The translations under genes were made by a program, and so were the position numbers. Below are positions 22,186 to 31,184 of a stretch of 64,000 bases of DNA, one piece after another. Source of the stretch: Microcoleus sp. (GTDB lineage Bacteria > Cyanobacteriota > Cyanobacteriia > Cyanobacteriales > Microcoleaceae); contig JAYFMW010000014.1 of the NCBI GenBank assembly GCA_042408215.1, positions 32,001 through 96,000 of the forward strand, given 5' to 3'. Every line of letters begins with the position of its first letter. Positions within the stretch are counted from its first letter, which is position 1. The notes under the pieces were generated by a model. That model was not told the origin of the DNA, made no database searches, and was given only the letters and a program-made list of their open reading frames with translations.

Positions 22186-23595
22186 CTACAACTGCTTCAC
22201 CTCAGCAACCAATTTGGCAACCACATCCTTAGCGCTACCAAACAACATCATCGTCTTATCCTTATAAAACAACTCATTGTCAACACCCGAAAAACCAGCA
22301 CTCATCCCGCGCTTAATTACGATCGTATGCTTAGCCTTATCAACCTCCAAAATCGGCATCCCATAAATCGGGCTCGCCGTATCGTGACGCGCCGCCGGAT
22401 TCACCACATCATTCGCACCAATCACCAACGCCACATCCGTCTCTTCAAACTGCGGATTGATATCGTCCATATCGTACAACTGCGGATAAGGCACGTTTGC
22501 TTCTGCTAGCAACACATTCATGTGCCCCGGCATCCGCCCAGCCACCGGGTGAATCGCGTATTTGACGTCAACTCCCATTTTTTCCAAACCGTCGGCTAAC
22601 TCGCGCACGGCGTGTTGTGCTTGCGCTACAGCCATCCCGTAGCCCGGAACGATCACAACCGATCGCGCATAACCCAACATCATCGCACTTTCTTCAATAT
22701 CAATGCTGTGAACAGTTTTGTCGATCGCCCCAGCAGCAGCCCCAGCAGCCCCAGCACTAGCACCACCGCTACCAAAGGCGCTAAACAACACGCTAGAAAG
22801 CGATCGATTCATCGCCTTACACATGATTTGCGTCAAAATAATCCCCGACGCGCCAACAAGTGCACCAGCGATAATCAGCATATTGTTCATCAAAATGAAC
22901 CCAGCCACACTCGCCGCAATCCCCGAATAGGAGTTAAGCAGCGACACCACCACCGGCATATCGCCGCCCCCAATCGGGAGCACAAACATGATTCCCAGAA
23001 TATTGGAAATCGCCACCAAAGCCAGGAATACCGGCACATTCTCCGGATTCGTCAGCATATAACCGCTGCCCGCTAAAAGCGCGATCGCCAGTAAAGCATT
23101 AAACGGCTGTTGTAGCGGAAACGTGACAGGAGCACCAGGTAGCAATTCTTGCAGCTTCGCAAACGCCACAACGCTACCAGTGAAAGTAATCCCGCCAATC
23201 AACACACCCAAAAGGATCGTGATTGTCGCGTCTGGAGTCGGCGATTCCGGGATGCTGAGATAGCGCCAGAATTCGCCCACAGCAACGAGTGCAGAAGCCG
23301 CGCCCCCAAAACCGTTAAGCAAACCCACCATCTGCGGCATATCCGTCATCGCCACGGTTTTCGCCATAATTGTTCCCAAAATGGAACCGATGATAATTCC
23401 GACAGCAATCAATTCGTAGCTGACTACTTGTTTTTCCAGCAACGTACCGACGATCGCAATCAACATCCCGATCGCAGCTAACACATTTCCTTGACGGGCG
23501 GTTGCGGGCGATCCCAACTGTTTCAAACCGACAATAAACAAAGATGCGGCAACTAAATAACCTAGTTGAATGGCACTTGGCAGAAAATCACTCAC
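22186..23595 (-). CDS. pntB: NAD(P) transhydrogenase subunit beta
   Basis: PGYGMAVAQAQ, HPVAGRMPGHMNVLLAEA, GANDVVNP. Confidence 0.97.
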   Translation of the reverse strand: MSDFLPSAIQLGYLVAASLFIVGLKQLGSPATARQGNVLAAIGMLIAIVGTLLEKQVVSYELIAVGIIIGSILGTIMAKTVAMTDMPQMVGLLNGFGGAASALVAVGEFWRYLSIPESPTPDATITILLGVLIGGITFTGSVVAFAKLQELLPGAPVTFPLQQPFNALLAIALLAGSGYMLTNPENVPVFLALVAISNILGIMFVLPIGGGDMPVVVSLLNSYSGIAASVAGFILMNNMLIIAGALVGASGIILTQIMCKAMNRSLSSVLFSAFGSGGASAGAAGAAAGAIDKTVHSIDIEESAMMLGYARSVVIVPGYGMAVAQAQHAVRELADGLEKMGVDVKYAIHPVAGRMPGHMNVLLAEANVPYPQLYDMDDINPQFEETDVALVIGANDVVNPAARHDTASPIYGMPILEVDKAKHTIVIKRGMSAGFSGVDNELFYKDKTMMLFGSAKDVVAKLVAEVKQL

Positions 23596-23637
23596 GCTTT
23601 AACCTCTAACTCTTTTCTCAGACATTTCTTGAAAATT

Positions 23638-24927
23638 TCATACAAACGAGTAGTTGTATCCATCGTTTCGTTGAACAGGCTTAATTTGATTCCGAGAAAC
23701 GCTAATCACAGTAGTGTCGTTTACTCGAATATCAAAATTTCCTTTAAACCTTGTGGTTTTAATTCGCTTGCATTTAACCCCCTCATACTTGCCGTCAATT
23801 ACAGAGACAATATCTCCAGTTTTCCAACCTTTGACCTTTTTTTTGGGCTGATAACCCTTGCGAGGAAAACCATATTTATCAGTCTGTACAACTTGGCGAC
23901 TCCCCCAACCCATAGCTTTAATTAGCAAAGGTTGATTGATTGCCAAAGTTAAACCCTGACTCACATCTCCGCAGCAAGCAGCATCTATCCAATGAGCCTT
24001 TGGTAAACCAAGTTTAGTCCGATTGAACTTAGTTAAAGAACCACGTCCTACATATATATGCTCGAGTTTTGTAGCCTTTAAAACTTCGAGCAAAGCAGAT
24101 TTAGTAGCATTGACCGCCGCCGCATCCTTTAATGGTGCTTTAGCTTGACTCATTATTCTTTTAAGAAGATCAGGCTGGCTTTTCAGAAAGTCTTTGATGT
24201 CTTCAGTCCCCTTTTTGATATTGCATTTTTTACAAGCCAAGCACAGGTTAGAAACACGATTGCTACCACCTTTAGCGCGTGGGTTCATATGCTCTACCTG
24301 TAACGGTAAATTTTCAGCACTACAGTAAGCACATTTGCGATTCCACTTTTCAAGCAGGTATTCTCTAACCTCATAACCTTGCAGTTCCCCTTGTTGATAT
24401 TCAATACCATAAACTTCAGGGCTTTGCATTTTTTGAGTATCAAACTTTACCAACTCAAAAGCTATTGATTTAATTGGTGCTAACTTACAAAGGCGATTCA
24501 CCCAGGTAATTGTAGTTAATACTCGATGCTGCAAACTTGGAGGTAGCCAACCTTTCCGACGAATACGATTAAAAAATCGCAGCTGACGATAACGAGTCTT
24601 ACGATTACGGCGGTTGCGTCGGATGGCACGGCGAGTTTCCAGTCGCGATTTGATAGCTTGCCCCCGATGGGTAAGTTCAGCACCCCAAATTACTTGGGTT
24701 AAGAACACCAAAGCTATACCAGTAGTTTTACTACCAGGATCGATGCGAATTTCTATTGGTTGTGGTTGTTCCTCTACTGATTTGTTGAGGATGATTGCAA
24801 ATGGGTACAGTCTGAAAACTTTTGCTTTGCCTGCATTTAATAGCTTTCTAGCTATCACTGGCAGGCACGGGGTTAAAGGTTTCTTCCTGCTATCGAGTAC
24901 GAATACTTGATTGGGATTTTTAGACAT
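23638..24927 (-). CDS. iscB: RNA-guided endonuclease IscB
   Basis: PLTP (PLMP) N-terminus, RuvC-I IDPGSK, R-rich bridge helix, RuvC-II FELVKFD, HNH CAYC...EH...GGSNRVSNLCLACKKCN, RuvC-III HWIDA. Confidence 0.95.
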   Translation of the reverse strand: MSKNPNQVFVLDSRKKPLTPCLPVIARKLLNAGKAKVFRLYPFAIILNKSVEEQPQPIEIRIDPGSKTTGIALVFLTQVIWGAELTHRGQAIKSRLETRRAIRRNRRNRKTRYRQLRFFNRIRRKGWLPPSLQHRVLTTITWVNRLCKLAPIKSIAFELVKFDTQKMQSPEVYGIEYQQGELQGYEVREYLLEKWNRKCAYCSAENLPLQVEHMNPRAKGGSNRVSNLCLACKKCNIKKGTEDIKDFLKSQPDLLKRIMSQAKAPLKDAAAVNATKSALLEVLKATKLEHIYVGRGSLTKFNRTKLGLPKAHWIDAACCGDVSQGLTLAINQPLLIKAMGWGSRQVVQTDKYGFPRKGYQPKKKVKGWKTGDIVSVIDGKYEGVKCKRIKTTRFKGNFDIRVNDTTVISVSRNQIKPVQRNDGYNYSFV

Positions 24928-24934
24928 GGTTGCG

Positions 24935-25156
24935 TCTATTCCTAATTAGTAAAGGTTGCCTTGGCATTGTTATTGGTCGGTATGATCTCAACAGCACTGG
25001 CTTTACAAAATCCTTGCCTGTTTAACTGCCGAGTTATAGAGCTTGGGGCTGGCACGTACTCCAAGGTATGAACTTGAACGCTTGCCAATAACGAAAGCCT
25101 GGACTTACTTAGAATTTTCTGGGTTTATTCAGAAATGTCTAGGATTTGAGTAAGTC
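24935..25156 (-). ncRNA. omegaRNA (HEARO-like) scaffold of the IscB element; guide predicted from 5' flank ~25157-25176
   Basis: Non-coding leader of iscB; GACTTACT (25156-25149) pairs with AGTAAGTC (25109-25102); GTCCAG/CGTTA, GCCAG..GCTCT and TTAAACAG motifs shared with the other omega-like elements. Confidence 0.75.
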
Positions 25157-25435
25157 TTTTTTCTTGAACATTTGTAGCATTCGATCGGTGACTAAGAAAC
25201 CGCCGACAACGTTAATTGTGGCAAGGGCGATCGCGATCGTCCCCAAAATCGAAGTAACAGTCACATTACCTTGGCCTGAAATTAGAATTGCGCCTAAAAC
25301 CGCAATTCCTGAAATCGCATTGGAACCCGACATCAAAGGTGTGTGTAGCGTCGGTGGGACTTTGTTAATTACTTCAAATCCCACAAACGATGCTAGAGTA
25401 AACACCACTAAACCTGCAATCAATCCTTCTGCCAT
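25139..25435 (-). CDS. pntA: NAD(P) transhydrogenase subunit alpha part 2 (C-terminus rewritten by the insertion)
   Basis: LHTPLMSGSNAISG, NVVGGFLVTDRMLQMF. Confidence 0.95.
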   Translation of the reverse strand: MAEGLIAGLVVFTLASFVGFEVINKVPPTLHTPLMSGSNAISGIAVLGAILISGQGNVTVTSILGTIAIALATINVVGGFLVTDRMLQMFKKKDLLKS

Positions 25436-25441
25436 AATACT

Positions 25442-25620
25442 TGGTAATTGGTAATTGGTTATTTGTCATTAGTCATTAGTTGTTAGTCATTAGTCATTAG
25501 TTGTTAGTCATTAGTTGTTAGTCATTAGTTGTTATTTTCAATGACTCCCGACTCCCGACTACCGACTACTAACTACTAACTAATGACTACTAACTAATGA
25601 CTAATGACTACTGACTAATG
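25442..25620. repeat. Heptamer STRR tracts (TTAGTCA / TGACTAA etc.) in inverted arrangement
   Basis: Directly visible between pntA1 and pntA2. Confidence 0.85.
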
Positions 25621-26763
25621 ACTGCTGACTGCGGAAGCAGCCAAAGCATCCCGCACTCGCTGGTTACTAATTTCACCATCACGAGCCACACAGGAACCAG
25701 CGATGATATCGTCTTCAAAATTCAGATTTAGCTCCTTATCTTTCAGCATCAACTGAAGCAAAGACGAGACATTCTTCGAGTAAGTTTCACTAGCATGAAC
25801 AGGCATTGAGGATGGTAAATTAATCGGGCCAATCACATTAACACCGTTCCATTCAACATCTTTTCCTGCTTCCGTGCACTCGCAATTGCCGCCTTGCTCG
25901 GCCGCGAGGTCAACAATTACTGCTCCCGGTTTCATTTGAGAAACCATTTCTCTAGTCACTAAAATCGGTGCTTTTCTACCAGGAACTTGAGCCGTTGTAA
26001 TCACCGCATCGGAAGCACCGACGTGCTGGGTGAGCACTTGACGGGTGTGTTCTTTAGCGGCTTCTGATAATTCTTTAGCATAGCCGCCTGCTGCTACAGT
26101 TTCTTCTTTGAGTTCGACATCAATAAATTTAGCACCCAAACTTTGCACTTGTTCTTTTGTTTCTGGGCGGATGTCAAATGCTTCGACTACTGCGCCCAAA
26201 CGACGCGCCGTGGCGATCGCCTGTAAGCCCGCAACGCCCACACCCATTACCAAAACTTTCGCGGGGCGAATCGTACCCGCCGCCGTTGTCAGCATCGGAA
26301 AATACTTCGGTAAAGCCGCTGCTGCGATCAATACCGCTTTGTAACCGGCGACGTTAGCCTGAGATGACAGCGCATCCATGCTTTGAGCGCGGCTGGTGCG
26401 CGGGATCATTTCCATACTGAATGCAGTCACTTGGCGATCGGCTAAACGCTGTACCAAAGCCGGATTTCCCAAAGGATTCAAAAATCCGATGAAAACTGCT
26501 CCTTCCCGCAGTTGATGAACTTCTGACTCTTGCAATTCCCCGATTTTGACGACGACATCAGCTTCGCCCCACAGCGTAGCGGTATCGGCGACAATCTGAG
26601 CTCCGGCTTCTTCGTAAGCCAGATCCGAGAAAAAGGATTTTGCTCCGGCACCGGCCTCAACCCAAACTTGGACGCCTTGTTTTACCAATTTGGCCACAGC
26701 GTCGGGTACTAAAGCCACCCGGCGCTCGCCTGCTGCTATTTCTTTTGCGATCGCTAATTTCAT
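25615..26763 (-). CDS. pntA: NAD(P) transhydrogenase subunit alpha part 1
   Basis: ERRVALVP, RAQSMDALSSQ, GVGVAGL, DLAAEQGGNC; ATG at 26763. Confidence 0.95.
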   Translation of the reverse strand: MKLAIAKEIAAGERRVALVPDAVAKLVKQGVQVWVEAGAGAKSFFSDLAYEEAGAQIVADTATLWGEADVVVKIGELQESEVHQLREGAVFIGFLNPLGNPALVQRLADRQVTAFSMEMIPRTSRAQSMDALSSQANVAGYKAVLIAAAALPKYFPMLTTAAGTIRPAKVLVMGVGVAGLQAIATARRLGAVVEAFDIRPETKEQVQSLGAKFIDVELKEETVAAGGYAKELSEAAKEHTRQVLTQHVGASDAVITTAQVPGRKAPILVTREMVSQMKPGAVIVDLAAEQGGNCECTEAGKDVEWNGVNVIGPINLPSSMPVHASETYSKNVSSLLQLMLKDKELNLNFEDDIIAGSCVARDGEISNQRVRDALAASAVSSH

Positions 26764-27230
26764 AAACAAACTCGGTAAGTGGGAAACTCAGTGGCTTTAG
26801 CCCGCTCGTGGGAAACGACCCTTCGACTGCGCTCAGGGCGACGCACGAGCGGTTTTAACCGCTTTGAATAACTTGTTTTATTACCGCCTTGGAGTTGTTC
26901 AATTCGGTGTGCTTTTGTGATGCACTTTCAATGGGACAGTTACCATTTCAAATTTCACAACCCTGTACGCATAATAGTTTTGCTCGATTGACAAGCCTCC
27001 CATTTCTGGGGTAATGTTAGCTTCGACCTGTTATAAGAGCTTGTTGGGCTTGCAACACTGTTCCAGTGACCTTAGAACTGTTTAATCACAAGCGACAGAG
27101 CGGGGAACTAGCTACGCATTCGCCCGGTGTCGTGACTCAAATAACGGCTCCTCTTACGAGGGGTCTGGTCAATACGGCTTGCGAGAGATTTCTCTTACAA
27201 GCTCAGTCCCTTTAGGGCTGGGTTACTGAC
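26764..27230 (-). mobile_element. Non-autonomous omegaRNA (HEARO-like) element with no ORF, between the pntA1 RBS and its ATG
   Basis: Begins GTCAGTAAC...TTGACCAGACC, contains TTAAACAG and GGTCGAAG, ends CTGAGTTTCCCACTTACCGAG; homologous to 34098-34459. Confidence 0.85.
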
Positions 27231-27235
27231 GAACT

Positions 27236-27241
27236 CTCCTT
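27236..27241 (-). promoter_or_regulatory. Displaced Shine-Dalgarno AAGGAG of pntA1
   Basis: Lies 5 nt before the ATG once 26764-27230 is removed. Confidence 0.7.
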
Positions 27242-27547
27242 TACTCTCGTTGATAGTAAAGCCGATCGCCCAAATTCGAGCCGTATCTTTAACTTGTCTT
27301 ATAGATTCAGATTCGCTAAATTGTTAAATTTGTTACGTCCCATGATATACTAACGTGCTGACTAATTCTGTAGCTTGAATATCAGCCTGGGATATGGCAT
27401 CAAAAAATTCACCTATATTGTTAAGCGATCGCCCTCATCAAATTTCTCAGAGAGTCGGTAATATTGGAGAGCTAATAGCAAATTGTCAGCACTAAATATT
27501 TGCTAAATATTCAAGGTTCGATCGTAATTTTATTTAGAGGAGTTGTT

Positions 27548-28060
27548 ATGCGACGATTATTTTCAGCACTAGCGGTTACAAGTTGCTTGCTGACTGGCTT
27601 ACCCGCCATCAGTTTAGCCCAAGGAATGCCTGGATTCACAATTTTCGGCGGCCCGGAGCGTAGCAATCAGTTAAACTACCGCTTAGATTACGGCAAATCT
27701 GGGATGAGTGGCGACAGATACCGACTGCGAATTCCTTCTAAGAAAGTAACTTTGGCGATCGCCCAACTAAACATTTCCTATCCAGACTACTACAAAGGCG
27801 AATTCGATCAAAAAGACATTAAAGTGCGCGTCAAAGACAAAACAATCGAATTGCAAGAAGTAATCTGGGACAAAGAAAATCGTTTCATAGAAATTTATCC
27901 CAAAGAGCCAATTCCTGCCGGCAACAATGTTGAGGTTGTACTCTCCAACGTCAAAAACCCATCGCCTGGGGGAATGTATCATTTCAACGTCCGCATCCGC
28001 ACCCCCGGAGACGTTCCCTTGCTGCGTTACCTCGGCACTTGGCTATTGAGCATTGATTAG
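27548..28060 (+). CDS. DUF2808 family exported protein
   Basis: Signal-like N-terminus; LSNVKNPSPGGMYHFN...YLGTWLLSID. Confidence 0.8.
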   Translation: MRRLFSALAVTSCLLTGLPAISLAQGMPGFTIFGGPERSNQLNYRLDYGKSGMSGDRYRLRIPSKKVTLAIAQLNISYPDYYKGEFDQKDIKVRVKDKTIELQEVIWDKENRFIEIYPKEPIPAGNNVEVVLSNVKNPSPGGMYHFNVRIRTPGDVPLLRYLGTWLLSID

Positions 28061-28188
28061 AAGCAAAGGAATCAGGTGGCGGGCAGAAATATCTCGTTTC
28101 CTGGTTTTCGGGAACCATAAAATAGAACCTCTGGCTGATACAGCAATCCTCAGCGATCGGTAAAATAAGTGTACGGGCAATCCCCGTA

Positions 28189-28420
28189 CCATAGGTGTCA
28201 ACTTAAGATTGAAACCCATAATAAATGTCGCTTAAAGTCGAGTCTAGATCCCCCTCCCATCCCCCTTAAGAAGGGAGTAGGGTGTGAGCAGGGGTTGACG
28301 AAAGATCGTACTCTTGTCCCACCCCCTACCCCCCTTAATAAGGGGGGTTAGGGGGGATCGAGACTTCGAGAAAACTCTTGTCTCCGCTCTGATTAAGGGG
28401 GATGCGAGGGGGTTCTGGAC
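28189..28420. repeat. Partial MITE (CCATAGGTGTCAACTTAAG end) with internal CCCCCTTAAGAAGGG palindromes
   Basis: Same end and core as the 41190, 44593 and 47967 copies. Confidence 0.65.
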
Positions 28421-28857
28421 TTGGTGAACCCTAGGAGATTTGTATTTCTTGATTAGGCCCGATCGCACATAGCTTCAAACACACCCCCTGGAATAAACCG
28501 ACACAACGCCCTCCGCCGATCGTCCGCATCTTGGCGGTTGACAAAACGGGCGATCGTATAATGCTGAGCATTCGGTAAAATTCGGACGATCGCCCAAGAA
28601 TTGCGTAGGCGCAAGCCGGGGCGTAGCCATCGCCCTCCTTTGAGATTTCAGGTATTTTCGATCGCGGATTTGAGTTGAGTTCGATCGCGGGGCGATCGTC
28701 GGAGAATTCGCCTTTCTGAGAGTGTTGAGATAGCGGGCGATCGCACTTCCTTTCAGATTCGCCCCGACGCGCAGAATCAGAAACACCGCCAAGCTTTCGA
28801 GCTCTGGCTGAGTCATGCACGCGCGATCGGCCTCAAAGTCCTCATCAGAGAATTGGG

Positions 28858-30125
28858 TAGAAACCCCGTCCTTTAGGACGGCTTTACATTTAATATGTTA
28901 GTATGTGAAGTATGGAAAAAGCTCACCGTTACCGATTTTACCCAACGCCTGAACAAGAGTCGCTATTGCGACGCACATTGGGCTGCGTAAGATTGGTTTA
29001 CAACAAGGCTCTCCACGAGAGAACCCAGGCTTGGTACGAGAGACAAGAAAGAGTTGGATACAACCAGACTTCTTCTATGCTGACTCAATGGAAAAAAGAG
29101 GAAGATCTTGATTTTCTGAATGAGGTTAGCTGCGTACCATTGCAACAAGGGCTTAGACATCTTCAAACTGCTTTCACTAATTTTTTCGCAGTCAGGACTA
29201 AATATCCCAACTTCAAGAAGAAACATCATGGTGGCAGTGCTGAGTTTACTAAATCGGCTTTTAAGTTCAAAAATAAAGAAATTTATCTTGCCAAAAACTC
29301 TGAGCCATTACCGATTAAATGGTCTAGACAAATTCCCAAAGGATGTGAACCGAGCAGTGTAACGGTTAGTCTCCATCCCTCTGGACGCTGGCAGATCTCG
29401 ATTAGGTTTGATGCTCCAACGATTCAACCTTTGCCCATTAGCGACAATTCTGTAGGAATAGATTTGGGAATAACGAGTTTGATTGCGACCAGTAATGGTG
29501 ACAAGATCGCTAATCCCAAGCATTTAAAAAAGCATCTAAAGCGTTTGAAGAAAGCGCAAAAGAATCTTTATCGTAAACAGAAAGGTTCCAAAAACAGAGA
29601 AAAGGCGAGAATTAAGGTTGCTAAAATTCACCTGAAAATCTCCGACGATCGCAAAAATTTATTGCATAAGTTGACAACTCAATTGGTCCGCGAAAATCAA
29701 ACAATTGCTGTTGAGTCGTTGGCGGTTAAGAATATGGTCAAAAACCCTAAACTCGCCTTGGCTATTTCTGATAGCGGATGGAGTGAATTGATTCGACAAC
29801 TGGATTACAAATGTCGTTGGTACGGAAGGAAATTGGTCGCAATTGACCGATGGTTTCCTAGTTCCAAGCGTTGTAGCCACTGTGGGCAGATTGTCGATAA
29901 AATGCCTCTTAATATTCGTGATTGGACTTGTCCGAGTTGTGGTTGTAACCACGCTCGGGATGTCAACGCAAGTAAAAACATTTTGGCCGCTGGACTAGCG
30001 GTGTCAGTCTGGGGAGCGAGTGTAAGACCAGAGCAGAGTAAATCTGTTAAGGCTTCTGCTATGAAACAGAAACTTAAATCGTGAGGTTTAGGAATCCTAG
30101 CCCTTTAGGGCGGGGAGGATGTCAA
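28858..30125 (+). mobile_element. IS200/IS605-family (IS1341-like, TnpB-only) element
   Basis: Left hairpin CCGTCCTTTAGGACGG, right hairpin GCCCTTTAGGGC, terminal GTCAA; boundaries supported by in-frame empty-site reconstruction. Confidence 0.85.
28912..30084 (+). CDS. tnpB: RNA-guided endonuclease TnpB
   Basis: YRFYPT HTH, GIDLG, AVESL, CSHC/CPSC Zn finger, RDVNA. Confidence 0.95.
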   Translation: MEKAHRYRFYPTPEQESLLRRTLGCVRLVYNKALHERTQAWYERQERVGYNQTSSMLTQWKKEEDLDFLNEVSCVPLQQGLRHLQTAFTNFFAVRTKYPNFKKKHHGGSAEFTKSAFKFKNKEIYLAKNSEPLPIKWSRQIPKGCEPSSVTVSLHPSGRWQISIRFDAPTIQPLPISDNSVGIDLGITSLIATSNGDKIANPKHLKKHLKRLKKAQKNLYRKQKGSKNREKARIKVAKIHLKISDDRKNLLHKLTTQLVRENQTIAVESLAVKNMVKNPKLALAISDSGWSELIRQLDYKCRWYGRKLVAIDRWFPSSKRCSHCGQIVDKMPLNIRDWTCPSCGCNHARDVNASKNILAAGLAVSVWGASVRPEQSKSVKASAMKQKLKS

Positions 30126-30325
30126 TTTGGAACAAGCTGTCAGAGAACGCCAAAAACAAATGCAAAAACAGTCCCCACCATCCGATGAGAAACAAGATCA
30201 AAATTGAGTGGAGTTGAGGCGATCGATCTTTTACTCCTTTCCCGGTAGAAGATTATCTACTTCTTCCTGATTCTTCCTGAGTCTTCCTTCGTGTCATAAG
30301 CGTCTTCGCGGTTCAATAATACTAA

Positions 30326-31084
30326 ATGAAATTTATCGGCATAGACTTAGGTTGGAGTTCAGGAGCAAGCGGCTTGTGCTGCTTAAACTGGGAAAACAAT
30401 CAATTACAATTCCTAGAGTGCGATCGCCAACAATCCCTTAACGACATTCTCACCTGGATCGACACCCAAATCTCCCCAAGCGAAGCAGCAATAATCGCAG
30501 TAGACGCCCCCACAATCATCGCCAACCCTACGGGAATGCGCGACGCCGACAAACTCACCCACAAACACTTCGGGCGCTACCACGCAGGCTGCTATCCCGC
30601 CAACCTATCACGCCCCTTCGCCCAAAAAACCGTAGAATTTGGTCTCAGTTTAGAAAGCCGAGGATTTGTCCACGCACCAACTATTGAAGCTCAAAAATTA
30701 GGCAGATATCAAATAGAAGTATTTCCCCATCCAGCCACAATAAACTTATTTAAATTAGACAGAATACTTAAATATAAAAAAGGAAAACTGGCAGAACGTC
30801 AACTAGAATTGATGAAACTCTGCCAGTATATTAGAGATATTTTACCGACTCTTGAACCCTCTCTAAATCTGTCTTGTGGCACAGGCATCTTGCCTGTGAG
30901 CTGTGGCGGTTCAAAACTCCCCGAAATCCCCACCAGTGTTGCAACTCTCAAAGCCTTAGAAGACCAGCTAGATGCCTTGCTGTGCGCTTATATAGGCGCT
31001 CACTGGTGGTACTGGGGAATCGAGCGGAATTTGGTATTGGGCGATCGCACCACCGGCTACATCGTCATTCCCCAACTTCGATAA
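30326..31084 (+). CDS. DUF429 family (RNase H-like predicted nuclease)
   Basis: FIGIDLGW, AVDAP, IEVFPH, EDQLDALLCAY. Confidence 0.8.
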   Translation: MKFIGIDLGWSSGASGLCCLNWENNQLQFLECDRQQSLNDILTWIDTQISPSEAAIIAVDAPTIIANPTGMRDADKLTHKHFGRYHAGCYPANLSRPFAQKTVEFGLSLESRGFVHAPTIEAQKLGRYQIEVFPHPATINLFKLDRILKYKKGKLAERQLELMKLCQYIRDILPTLEPSLNLSCGTGILPVSCGGSKLPEIPTSVATLKALEDQLDALLCAYIGAHWWYWGIERNLVLGDRTTGYIVIPQLR

Positions 31085-31184
31085 GGAGAGAAGGAGAGAA
31101 GGAGAATGGGAGAATTAGAAAAATCTCCCTTGATTGTTATTTCTCCTGACTGCTGACTAATGACTGCTGACTAATGACTACCTT

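Larger units (their letters stand above)
23607..25156 (-). mobile_element. IscB-encoding (ISC/OMEGA) insertion element within the 3' end of pntA2
   Basis: Deleting it restores ...AAG AAA AAA GAG GTT AAA GCG TGA, whose TGA overlaps the pntB GTG; AGA at both junctions. Confidence 0.85.
28679..30207 (+). pseudogene. Hypothetical ORF interrupted by the TnpB element
   Basis: Removing 28858-30125 gives an open frame ...QAFELWLSHARAIGLKVLIRELG|LEQAVRERQKQMQ...DQN*; true start not found. Confidence 0.5.

Noticed and set aside
26764..27230. Group I intron / IStron or riboswitch
   Set aside because: No group I core or known riboswitch consensus recognisable by eye; homology to omegaRNA-type sequence explains it better (a covariance search would settle it)
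28431..28820. Two minus-strand ORFs of 113-129 aa
   Set aside because: HIP1-rich, atypical composition; the + strand frame interrupted by TnpB is better supported
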